Part shown: positions 18,967 through 27,369 of the stretch, one piece after another | Layout of the letters: each line of letters starts with the position of its first letter | How positions within the stretch are numbered: the first letter of the stretch is position 1 | Assembly: GCA_963825055.1 (NCBI GenBank) | Contig: CAWGSK010000012.1 | Coordinates: 160,001 to 224,000, forward strand | DNA length: 64,000 nt | Reading direction: 5' to 3' | Source: an uncultured Gemmatimonadales bacterium | GTDB lineage: Bacteria > Gemmatimonadota > Gemmatimonadetes > Gemmatimonadales > GWC2-71-9 | The notes under the pieces: generated by a model | Seen by the model: the letters and a program-made list of their open reading frames with translations, nothing else | Told to the model about the DNA's origin: nothing | The model's database searches: none | Translations under genes and position numbers: made by a program

Positions 18967-20553
18967 GTGACGCGCGGGGCTCCCCACGGGTCGGGCCGGC
19001 CCGACCCCGCGCGCTGTCGAAATGGCTGGCTGGTTGCGGGCCGGATCGAGACCATGTCGGAGGGCCCTGCGGCCGACTCGATCTGGTGGCAGGACGGCCA
19101 AGTCCGGGCGGTGGGCCCGGCATCGGAGGTATCCGGCCTGGTTCCGCCTGGCACACCATCCTGGGAGTTCCCGAACGGGCTCGTGACTCCCGGATTCGTC
19201 GATGGCCACACGCATTTCGCCATGTGGGCGTTGAACCGGTCGAGAGTCCAGCTTGCCGGCGCGGAGACCCGGGACGAGGCGCTCAGCCGGATTGCCGTGG
19301 CGCGTCCCGAGGACGGCTGGATCCTGGGGCAGGGATGGGATGCCAACGGCTGGCGGTTGCGCCCCGAGCGCTCCGTGCTCGACCGCCTGCATGCTATCCC
19401 GGTCTGCCTCGACTCCCTCGATGTCCACGCGGTCTGGGTGAACACCCCGGCCCTGGAACTGGCCGGGATCTCGCGGGAGACCCCCGATCCGCCCGGTGGG
19501 CGCATCGTTCGTGACGCGGGCGGGGAGCCCACGGGCATCCTGCTGGAGCGGGCCGTGGACCTGATGCGCCGCGTCCTGCCCCAGCCGGACCCCGGCCGGG
19601 TCGAGCGGGCCCTCGTGGAGGGGCAGCGGGAGGCGCACCGGCTTGGGCTCACCGGGATTCACGATGTCGAGGACGAGGGAGTTTTCTCGGCGTTCCGTGC
19701 ACTGGAGAGGGACGGGGGACTCCGTCTCAGGGTCCTGTTCCATCATCCCGTGGCTGCGCTGCCGCGCCTGCTCCGTGCGGGCACCAGGAGTGGAAAAGGA
19801 AGCCGATGGCTCGTTCACGGTGGGATCAAGCTCTTTCTGGACGGCAGCCTGGGCAGCCGGACCGCGTGGATGCTTGAGCCATATGAGGGGACGCGTGACC
19901 GGGGCATGCCGGTGACGGCGCTCGAGGAGGCCGGGGCTGCCGTACGGCTGGCGGCGGGAGCAGGCATCGCCAGCGCCGTGCATGCCATCGGTGATGCCGC
20001 GGTGCGCCGCGCCCTGGACCTGCTGGATACGCTGCCCACCGTCGGCATCCCGCACCGCATCGAGCACCTGCAGTGCGTGGACCTGGCCGACCTGGCGCGC
20101 GCGGCCGGCCGCGGCATTGTGGCCAGCATGCAACCAGCGCATCTCCCGACCGACATCCCCACAGCGGAGCGCCACTGGGGCGCGCGTTCACGGGGGGCCT
20201 ACGCGTTCGGCAGCCTGGCCCGGGCGGGAACCACGCTGGTCTTCGGCAGCGACATTCCCGTGGCCCTGCCCGATCCGCGACTTGGTGTTCTCGCCGCCGT
20301 GGAGCGGGAGTCCGACCCGGGCGCCGGCCCATGGTATCCGGGTGAGCAGGTGGACTTCCGCACCGCCCTGGCCGCGTACACGCTCGGCCCGGCCCGTGCG
20401 GCCGGCCTGTCCGCCCGACGCGGCAGGCTCCTGCCCGGCCAGGATGCGGATCTGGTTGTGTGGGAGACGCACGGCGACGGCGGAGCACGCGCCTTCGGTG
20501 ACGCCGGCGTTCGGCTGACCGTCGTGGATGGCGAGCCGGTGTACCTGGCCTGA
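18967..20553 (+). CDS. Amidohydrolase (YtcJ-like); start uncertain
   Basis: PGFVDGHTH, DGSLGSRTA, HAIGD, RIEHLQ, GSDIPV. Confidence 0.88.
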   Translation: MTRGAPHGSGRPDPARCRNGWLVAGRIETMSEGPAADSIWWQDGQVRAVGPASEVSGLVPPGTPSWEFPNGLVTPGFVDGHTHFAMWALNRSRVQLAGAETRDEALSRIAVARPEDGWILGQGWDANGWRLRPERSVLDRLHAIPVCLDSLDVHAVWVNTPALELAGISRETPDPPGGRIVRDAGGEPTGILLERAVDLMRRVLPQPDPGRVERALVEGQREAHRLGLTGIHDVEDEGVFSAFRALERDGGLRLRVLFHHPVAALPRLLRAGTRSGKGSRWLVHGGIKLFLDGSLGSRTAWMLEPYEGTRDRGMPVTALEEAGAAVRLAAGAGIASAVHAIGDAAVRRALDLLDTLPTVGIPHRIEHLQCVDLADLARAAGRGIVASMQPAHLPTDIPTAERHWGARSRGAYAFGSLARAGTTLVFGSDIPVALPDPRLGVLAAVERESDPGAGPWYPGEQVDFRTALAAYTLGPARAAGLSARRGRLLPGQDADLVVWETHGDGGARAFGDAGVRLTVVDGEPVYLA

Positions 20554-20561
20554 CGGGCAGG

Positions 20562-20589
20562 TTGCACCGGCATCCCTCCCCGTTAGACT
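20562..20589 (+). promoter_or_regulatory. Sigma70-type promoter of pyk (probably leaderless)
   Basis: TTGCAC-N16-TAGACT, then 6 nt, then GTG. Confidence 0.55.
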
Positions 20590-20595
20590 TCGCCC

Positions 20596-22056
20596 GTGAC
20601 TCATCCCGCGCAGCGCCGCACCAAGATCGTCGCGACCCTTGGGCCCTCATGGGCCACTCCTGACCGGATGGCCGAGCTGCTCGATGCCGGCGTCGACCTG
20701 GTCCGGGTCAATTCCTCCCACGCCACGCCTGAGACCCGCTATGGCTGGATCGAGGACCTGAAGGGCATCCAGGCCGGGCGGGCTTCGCCGGCGGGCATCC
20801 TGGTGGACCTCCAGGGCCCGCGGATCCGCGTGGGCACGCTCCCGGAGCCGCGGCACCTCGCTCCCGACGAGACGGTGGTCTTCGCGCCCGAAGGCGAGGC
20901 CGCTCCAGACGAGATCCCCCATACCTACCGGCAACTCTCCCGTGACGTCGGACCGGGCTCGCGGATTCTTCTCGACGACGGACTGCTCGAGGTCGAGGTG
21001 ACATCCGTTGAAGGCACGCGGGTCACTGGCCGTGTGCGCTACGGCGGGGAACTGAAGTCCAACAAGGGAATGAACCTGCCTGACGTGGACGTCAGCGCCC
21101 CTGCCCTTACCTCGCGCGATCGCGAGGAGGTGAAGCGCGCCGTGGCGGCGGGGGTGGACTACATCGCGCTGTCGTTCGTGCGGCGGCCCGACGATGTCGA
21201 GCAGTTGCGCGCCCTCGTGCCCGAGGGCATCAAGCTGATCGCGAAAATCGAGAAGGACACGGCCCTGAAGCACCTGCCGGAGATCATCGCCGTATCCGAC
21301 GCGATCATGGTCGCGCGCGGCGACCTCGGCGTGGAACTGCCGTTCGAGGAAGTCCCGCTCATGCAGAAGCGGCTCATCCGCGAGGCGAACCTCCAGGGCA
21401 AGGTCGTGATCACGGCGACCCAGATGCTGGAGTCGATGGTGCATGCGCCGCGTCCCACGCGCGCCGAGGCCAGTGACGTGGCCAACGCCATCCTCGACGG
21501 CACTGATGCCGTCATGCTCTCGGCGGAAACCGCCGTGGGCCTCTACCCGCTGGAGGCCGTGCGCGCGATGGACCGGATCGCCCGTGAGGTGGAGGAGAAC
21601 GTGCCGGGACGGAGCCCCGCGTACGAGGCGGCCGTGGGGCACTCACGCCGCCGTGGCGAGGTGGCCCCCACACCCTCTCCCAGGCACCAGGCGGCCCGTA
21701 CCGAGGATGCCATCGGGCTGGCCGTGAACGTGGCCGCCGAACTGCTCTCCGCGCCCATCATCCTCTGTTTCACCAGCAGCGGGTTCACCGCCCGCAAGGT
21801 GTCGGCGTACCGCCCGGACGTGCCCATTGTCGCGGTGACCCACGATCCGCGAACCGCGCGGCAGCTGCGCCTCGTCTGGGGCGTCCTGCCCGTCCTCGTC
21901 GCCCGGCTGCCCGACTACGATTCGATGCTGGACGCCGCCCGGGCGGAGCTTGCCCGGCTGGACCTGGTGGATCCTGGAGAGCCCGTCATCGTCACGGCGG
22001 GTGTCCCGTTCGACGTACCGGGCACCACGAACGTGCTGAAGGTTGAGATCTTCTGA
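20596..22056 (+). CDS. pyk: Pyruvate kinase
   Basis: RTKIVATLGP, DLQGP, AKIE, MVARGDLGVE, TATQMLESM, PTRAE, MLSAETA. Confidence 0.96.
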   Translation: MTHPAQRRTKIVATLGPSWATPDRMAELLDAGVDLVRVNSSHATPETRYGWIEDLKGIQAGRASPAGILVDLQGPRIRVGTLPEPRHLAPDETVVFAPEGEAAPDEIPHTYRQLSRDVGPGSRILLDDGLLEVEVTSVEGTRVTGRVRYGGELKSNKGMNLPDVDVSAPALTSRDREEVKRAVAAGVDYIALSFVRRPDDVEQLRALVPEGIKLIAKIEKDTALKHLPEIIAVSDAIMVARGDLGVELPFEEVPLMQKRLIREANLQGKVVITATQMLESMVHAPRPTRAEASDVANAILDGTDAVMLSAETAVGLYPLEAVRAMDRIAREVEENVPGRSPAYEAAVGHSRRRGEVAPTPSPRHQAARTEDAIGLAVNVAAELLSAPIILCFTSSGFTARKVSAYRPDVPIVAVTHDPRTARQLRLVWGVLPVLVARLPDYDSMLDAARAELARLDLVDPGEPVIVTAGVPFDVPGTTNVLKVEIF

Positions 22057-22060
22057 CCTC

Positions 22061-22837
22061 ATGCATCTCCATTTTCTCGGGACCGGCACATCCTTCGGCA
22101 TACCCCAGATCGGCTGTGACTGTGACGTGTGCACCTCAGCGGACCCCCGCGACCGGCGGACCCGGTCCGGCGCGCTGGTCCTCGGCGACTCCGGTACCGT
22201 CCTGATCGACACGCCCCCCGAGCTCCGGTTGCAGCTCGTGCGCGCCGGGGTGGGGGAGGTGGACGCGGTGCTCTACACGCACGAGCATGCCGACCACACC
22301 AACGGAATCGACGACCTGCGCATGTTTTCCCAGCGACGGCGGGAGGCACTGCCGGTCTACGGGCCCGCCGAGACGATGGCGCGGCTGCACGCGGGGTTCG
22401 CCTATATCTTCGACGACGGCACCCAGGCGTTCGAGGGCACCAGCAAGCCCCGGCTGGAAACGCACGCGCTCGAGCCCGGGGAGACGGCCGAGATCGCCGG
22501 CCTTCCGGTCCTGCCCATCGCGTTTCCGCACGGACATATCCGGGTGTTCGGCTACCGGATCGGCAATCTGGCGTACATTACCGATGTGAAGGCCGTGGGT
22601 GAGCGGGAGCGGTCGATGCTGGAGGATCTGGACGTGCTGGTCCTGAACGCGCTGTGGTGGCGGAGTCACCCGACCCACCTGAGCATCGGGGAGGCGGTGG
22701 CCACTGCGGAAGCCCTGGGGGCGCGGCGCACGTTCCTGACGCACCTGACCCATGAAACCGGGCACGCCGAACTCGCGGCGCGCCTCCCGGCCGGCATCGA
22801 GCCGGCGTATGACGGGCTGATGGTGGAGGTAGGCTGA
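22061..22837 (+). CDS. MBL-fold metallo-hydrolase (PhnP/YycJ-like)
   Basis: FLGTGTSFGIP, CDCDVC, THEHADH, AYDG. Confidence 0.88.
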   Translation: MHLHFLGTGTSFGIPQIGCDCDVCTSADPRDRRTRSGALVLGDSGTVLIDTPPELRLQLVRAGVGEVDAVLYTHEHADHTNGIDDLRMFSQRRREALPVYGPAETMARLHAGFAYIFDDGTQAFEGTSKPRLETHALEPGETAEIAGLPVLPIAFPHGHIRVFGYRIGNLAYITDVKAVGERERSMLEDLDVLVLNALWWRSHPTHLSIGEAVATAEALGARRTFLTHLTHETGHAELAARLPAGIEPAYDGLMVEVG

Positions 22838-24214
22838 ATGCGGCTGGCATACGGACGGATGTTCCAGGACCGGCTGGACGGCGAGCACGGGCTCGACCGC
22901 GCACGCCTGGAGGACCTGCAACGGCGCTTCGGCGAGGTGCAGGCCGAGGTGCTCCGCCGCCGCGGGGCGGGGGAGTACGGGTTCTACGACCTGGCCGACC
23001 AGGACGAGGCGGTGCGCAACATCAGCACGTTCGCCGAGGGGCTGGGGCAGGCCCACGACCACGTGCTCGTGCTTGGCATCGGCGGCTCGGCCCTCGGTAC
23101 CCGCGCGCTGCTGAGCGCGCTGCGTCCGCCGGCATGGAACGAGCTGGATGACGAGAACCGTGATTTCTTCCCGCGCCTTACCGTGCTGGATAATGTGGAT
23201 CCGGTCTCGGTGAAGGCCGCCCTGGAGCGGATCGATCCGCGGCGCGTGCTGGTGAACGTCGTGAGCAAGTCCGGCGGCACCGCCGAGACCATGGCGCAGT
23301 ACCTCGTGGTGCGCCACTGGCTGGACGAAGCGCTGGGCGGCGCCGCCTACCGGCACCTCGTCTTTACCACCGATCCCGAGCGCGGGGCCCTGCGGACCAT
23401 GGCGGAGGCCGAGGGGATTGCGACCCTGGAGGTGCCACCGGCCGTGGGAGGGCGCTTCAGCGTGCTTTCGCCGGTGGGACTCCTGCCCGCCGCGCTCGTG
23501 GGGATCGACATCGCGGCGCTCCTCCGTGGTGCGAAGCGCGCCCTCGCCAGCGCGGGAGAGAAGTCACTGGCGCGGAACCGCGCGGCGCTTCACGCGGGAC
23601 TGCTCTGGAGCGCCGACGCAACCCTGGGCGCGAGGATCCACGTCGTGATGCCATACGTGGATCGCCTCCGGGAATTCGCCGAGTGGTATCGACAGCTCTG
23701 GGCGGAGAGTCTCGGTAAGCGGGTGAACCGCGAGGGTGCGGACGTCTTCGCGGGGCCGACGCCCGTGGCCGCGGTGGGAGCAACCGACCAGCACAGCCAG
23801 GTCCAGCTCTTCATGGAGGGGCCGTTCGACAAGGTCATCACCTTCATTACGGTGGAGGAGCGGGCCGATGACGTGGCGATTCCCGCCCGCGACGGCGTAC
23901 CGGAGGAACTGGGTTACCTGGCCGGCCACACCCTGGGAGAACTGCTCGACGCCGAACAGCGGGCCACCGCCGCGGCGCTGGCCCGCCAGGGCCGGATGAG
24001 CATGCACCTCCGCCTGCCGCGGCTGGACGCCGAGGGACTGGGCGAGCTCGTCATGTTCTACCAGGTCGCCACGGGCTATGCCGGGGTGTGGTACAATGTG
24101 GACCCGTTCGACCAGCCAGGGGTCGAGCTGGGCAAGCGGCTTACCTTCGGGGCCATGGGCCGTCCCGGCTTCACCGCAGATGACGTGGACGCGCCGCCGG
24201 GCGACGAGGCGTGA
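22838..24214 (+). CDS. pgi: Glucose-6-phosphate isomerase
   Basis: GIGGSALG, SKSGGTAET, VGGRFSV, QLWAESLGK, DQHS, FDQPGVELGK. Confidence 0.95.
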   Translation: MRLAYGRMFQDRLDGEHGLDRARLEDLQRRFGEVQAEVLRRRGAGEYGFYDLADQDEAVRNISTFAEGLGQAHDHVLVLGIGGSALGTRALLSALRPPAWNELDDENRDFFPRLTVLDNVDPVSVKAALERIDPRRVLVNVVSKSGGTAETMAQYLVVRHWLDEALGGAAYRHLVFTTDPERGALRTMAEAEGIATLEVPPAVGGRFSVLSPVGLLPAALVGIDIAALLRGAKRALASAGEKSLARNRAALHAGLLWSADATLGARIHVVMPYVDRLREFAEWYRQLWAESLGKRVNREGADVFAGPTPVAAVGATDQHSQVQLFMEGPFDKVITFITVEERADDVAIPARDGVPEELGYLAGHTLGELLDAEQRATAAALARQGRMSMHLRLPRLDAEGLGELVMFYQVATGYAGVWYNVDPFDQPGVELGKRLTFGAMGRPGFTADDVDAPPGDEA

Positions 24215-24222
24215 TGCCCCGT

Positions 24223-24251
24223 TTGACGCCCCTCCGGACGGCACCTAGGTT
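24223..24251 (+). promoter_or_regulatory. Sigma70-type promoter of the aldolase gene
   Basis: TTGACG-N17-TAGGTT. Confidence 0.6.
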
Positions 24252-24280
24252 TCGGGTCCTGCTGGCGACTGACACGGTCA

Positions 24281-25711
24281 ATGGAGCGATACATGGGTGA
24301 CGTGACGCAGCAACTGCTCGACCTCTTCGGCGGCGAGGTGCGCGCCAACGCCGGCGGGTTCCACGTGGACGATCCCGGCCGGTTGCAGGGCCCGGGAATG
24401 GACCGTCTCGTGCGCATCGCGGTGTTCGGGGCCCCGGAGGAGCGCGACGCCGCACGCCGCGTCATCTGGGATCTCGGGCAGGCCGTCGGGGTCCGTCCAG
24501 CGTCAATTGCCGGGATCTACTTTGCCCGGGCCCGCGGCGAGTGCGGCGGGTTCACCGTGCCCGCCATCAACGTGCGCATGATGTCGTACGACACGGCCCG
24601 CGCGGTGTTCCGCGCGGCGCGGGCCCGGAAGGCCGGGGCCATCATTCTCGAGATCGCCCGCTCCGAGATCGCCTACACCGACCAGCGCCCCGCGGAGTAT
24701 GTCTCCGTCATCCTGGCCGCGGCGATGCGGGAGGGATACCTCCTGCCCGTGTTCATCCAGGGCGACCATTGCCAGGTCAACCAGAAGAAGTTCGCCGCGA
24801 ACCCGAAGGGGGAGGTGGGCGAGGTCAAGAAGCTGATCGGTGAGGAACTGGCGGCCGGGTTCTACAACATTGACGTCGACACGTCCACGCTGGTCGATCT
24901 CTCGCACGACACGCTCGATGCCCAGCAGCGGCTGAACTACGAGCACGCCGCCGGGATCACCGCGTTCATCCGGGAGCACGAACCCGAGGGGATCAGTACC
25001 TCGGTGGGCGCCGAGATCGGGGAGGTGGGGCACAAGAACAGCACGGTGGAGGAACTGCATGCGTTCATGCAGGGCTATGCCCGTGCGCTCGCGGCGCGGG
25101 GCGAGGGGCTGGAGGGGATCAGCAAGATCTCGGTCCAGACGGGCACGTCGCACGGCGGGGTGGTTCTGCCGGACGGGTCCATCGCGGACGTGAAGCTCGA
25201 CCTGGACGCGCTCGAGGCCCTCTCCCGCGTCGCGCGGGAGGAATACGGGCTGGCCGGGGCGGTGCAGCACGGGGCGAGCACCCTTCCCTCCGATGCCTTC
25301 GGGAACTTTCCGCGGGTGGAGGCGGCCGAAATTCACCTCGCCACCAACTTCCAGAACATCGTTTTCGACCACCCGAAGCTGCCCGCGGACCTCTCGAAGC
25401 GCATGATGGCATGGCTGGACGAGAACACGGCGGGAGAGCGAAAGGACGGCGACTCGGACGAGCAGTTCTACTATAAGACCCGGAAGAAGGCGATCGGCCC
25501 CTTCAAGGAAGAGGTGTGGTCGCTGCCGGAGGGCGTGCGCGATGCCATCGCGGCCGACCTCGAGCAGACCTTCGGGTTCCTCTTTGAGCAACTCAATGTC
25601 GGGGGCACGGCCAGCCTGGTGAACCGGTTCATCCATGCGCCCGTCCAGCCCCATGCGTCCCTCAAGCCGGCCATGGCGATCGCGGCCGACGACGCGGACG
25701 CGGGAGAGTAG
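24281..25711 (+). CDS. Class II fructose-bisphosphate aldolase family protein with N-terminal extension
   Basis: PAIN, QGDH, AEIGEVG, GTSHGG, HGAS motifs; sits in a glycolytic cluster. Confidence 0.8.
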   Translation: MERYMGDVTQQLLDLFGGEVRANAGGFHVDDPGRLQGPGMDRLVRIAVFGAPEERDAARRVIWDLGQAVGVRPASIAGIYFARARGECGGFTVPAINVRMMSYDTARAVFRAARARKAGAIILEIARSEIAYTDQRPAEYVSVILAAAMREGYLLPVFIQGDHCQVNQKKFAANPKGEVGEVKKLIGEELAAGFYNIDVDTSTLVDLSHDTLDAQQRLNYEHAAGITAFIREHEPEGISTSVGAEIGEVGHKNSTVEELHAFMQGYARALAARGEGLEGISKISVQTGTSHGGVVLPDGSIADVKLDLDALEALSRVAREEYGLAGAVQHGASTLPSDAFGNFPRVEAAEIHLATNFQNIVFDHPKLPADLSKRMMAWLDENTAGERKDGDSDEQFYYKTRKKAIGPFKEEVWSLPEGVRDAIAADLEQTFGFLFEQLNVGGTASLVNRFIHAPVQPHASLKPAMAIAADDADAGE

Positions 25712-25713
25712 GC

Positions 25714-26127
25714 ATGACGCACAGGCACCATGATGACGAATCGGTCATCTACGTCGAGCGCGAGAGCGGCTCCATTTTTCCCCTCTTCTTCCTGGGGGCG
25801 GTGGTGGGCGCCGGACTGGCGCTCCTGCTCTCGCCCGGTACCGGCGAAGACAATCGCCGCGGCCTGACCCGCCGGATGCGCTCCCTCCGCGCGCTCGCCG
25901 AAGAGAAGGTGGACGAGCTGGGCGAGTCGTTCGGGCGCGGGAAGCGGCGGGCAACCTCGAACGGCGGCGAGCCGGACCTCGACGATGACGAGGAACTTGC
26001 CGCGCCCCACAGCCTGTCCGCGCGCGAGGAACTGGAACGCCGGCTCGAGGAGGCGCGCGCGCGTCGCCGCGATGCCCGGCATGCCGGCACCGACGAGGAG
26101 GACGAGGATGAGGAACCCCTGGCCTGA
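25714..26127 (+). CDS. YtxH domain protein
   Basis: FFLGAVVGAGLALLLSPGTGEDNR. Confidence 0.82.
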   Translation: MTHRHHDDESVIYVERESGSIFPLFFLGAVVGAGLALLLSPGTGEDNRRGLTRRMRSLRALAEEKVDELGESFGRGKRRATSNGGEPDLDDDEELAAPHSLSAREELERRLEEARARRRDARHAGTDEEDEDEEPLA

Positions 26128-27053
26128 GTGAACACCGGCGAGGTGGCTGGCACGATTCGCTCGGCGGGTTCGTCCGACGCACACTGGAGGCGGCGGACGA
26201 GAACAACGTGCCGTTCCTCGCGAGCGCCATCACCTTCGATGCGACGCTCGCCGCCGTGCCGTTCCTCCTCCTCCTGGTCATTGCCCTGACCCACCTGCTT
26301 CCGATCGATCCCCGCTCGGAAGTCGACATCCACCAGCTGTTCCAGGGGTTCCTCCCGCCGCACGTCATGGTGGGGGGCCGGGACCCCTTCGCCGTGGTAG
26401 AGCGCATGCTGGCGGGCATCGCCCGCAACCGCGGACAGCTCTCCGTATACGCCATTCCTACCTTCGTGTGGTTCAGCACCCGGCTCTTCGCCGGTATCCG
26501 GACGTCGCTCAATCACCTGTACGACGTTTCCGCGCGGCCCCAGCGGCGCCACTTCGTGCTCGCCTATCTCCTGGCCAAGGTGCGCGACGTCGTCATGGTG
26601 GCCGGTACGCTGACCCTCTTCCTCCTGAACACGGTCATCTCGACTTCCGTCGGGCTCATCGAGACCCGGGGCGTGGCTGCGGTGCCGCAACTCGCCTTTT
26701 TCGTGAGCTCGGTGGGGCAGGTGGTCGGTGAACTGATCGCCTTCGGGTTCGGGGTGAGCCTCTTCTTCGTCGTGTACCGCTACGCGTCAATCCGCCGGAT
26801 CCCGTGGCGCCCGTCACTCGTCGCCGCCACCTTCTCGGCGTTTGCGTTCGAGGTTGCCAAGCGGCTCTTCGGCCTCTACCTGGGGGAGATCGCGACCTCG
26901 CGCCAGTTCTCGCTCGACGCCAACGTCGGCGCAGGGCTCCTGTTCATCCTGTGGATCTGGTACACCGCCATCGTGTTCCTGCTGGGCGGCGTGGTCGCGG
27001 AGACCTGGGACATGCGATCACGGAAGCGCACACAGAGGGCGGAGCTGGTCTGA
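26124..27053 (+). CDS. YihY/BrkB family membrane protein; probable CTG start at 26124 (first GTG at 26208)
   Basis: EAADENNVPFLASAITF...AAVPFL, SLNHLY, FEVAK, LWIWYTAIVFLLG. The conserved N-terminal helix lies upstream of 26208 in an open frame. Confidence 0.85.
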   Translation: MSEHRRGGWHDSLGGFVRRTLEAADENNVPFLASAITFDATLAAVPFLLLLVIALTHLLPIDPRSEVDIHQLFQGFLPPHVMVGGRDPFAVVERMLAGIARNRGQLSVYAIPTFVWFSTRLFAGIRTSLNHLYDVSARPQRRHFVLAYLLAKVRDVVMVAGTLTLFLLNTVISTSVGLIETRGVAAVPQLAFFVSSVGQVVGELIAFGFGVSLFFVVYRYASIRRIPWRPSLVAATFSAFAFEVAKRLFGLYLGEIATSRQFSLDANVGAGLLFILWIWYTAIVFLLGGVVAETWDMRSRKRTQRAELV

Positions 27054-27100
27054 TCGCCGGGAATGGGGGATCGGGAATCAGGAAGGATGGTTTATCCTTC

Positions 27101-27151
27101 GCCTGACCGCCTGACCGCCTGACCGCCTGACCGCCTGACCGCCTGACCGCC
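27101..27151. repeat. Perfect 8-bp tandem repeat (GCCTGACC)x6 plus partial copy
   Basis: Read directly from the sequence; no spacers. Confidence 0.95.
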
Positions 27152-27152
27152 C

Positions 27153-27181
27153 TTGGCCCTGAGTCCGGCCCCATGTACATT
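27153..27181 (+). promoter_or_regulatory. Sigma70-type promoter of the SRP RNA
   Basis: TTGGCC-N17-TACATT ending 4 nt before the RNA's closing stem. Confidence 0.65.
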
Positions 27182-27185
27182 TCGC

Positions 27186-27286
27186 GTGCCCCAGGTCCGA
27201 AGGGCGCTGGCGCGCGAACCGCGTCAGGACCTCGCCGGTAGCAGCGCTAAGCGATGTCCGGTGTCGCTTCGGGTTGCCTGGGGCAC
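27186..27286 (+). ncRNA. ffs: Small bacterial SRP RNA (4.5S)
   Basis: GTGCCCCAGG/CCTGGGGCAC closing stem followed by T run; domain IV signature AACC..TCAGG-ACC-loop-GGT-AGCAGC; directly upstream of dnaX-ybaB-recR. Confidence 0.88.
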
Positions 27287-27369
27287 TTTTCTTTCCTCCA
27301 GCAATTCAACGGCTCAACGCCCCTCTCCTCCGCCGTCCACCTGCCTGCCGCCCTGATTACCTTCCCCCC

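Noticed and set aside
18728..19159. Short ORFs across the AT-rich island (18728-19159 minus, 18746-18970 plus)
   Set aside because: Atypical composition, no motifs; better explained as non-coding DnaA-box DNA.
24357..24372. parS-like GGTTCCACGTGGACGA inside the aldolase gene
   Set aside because: Only 13/16 match, right arm broken, explained by G-F-H-V-D codons; revisit only if the oriC call holds.
27101..27151. Possible CRISPR array
   Set aside because: 8-bp units with no spacers and no cas genes.
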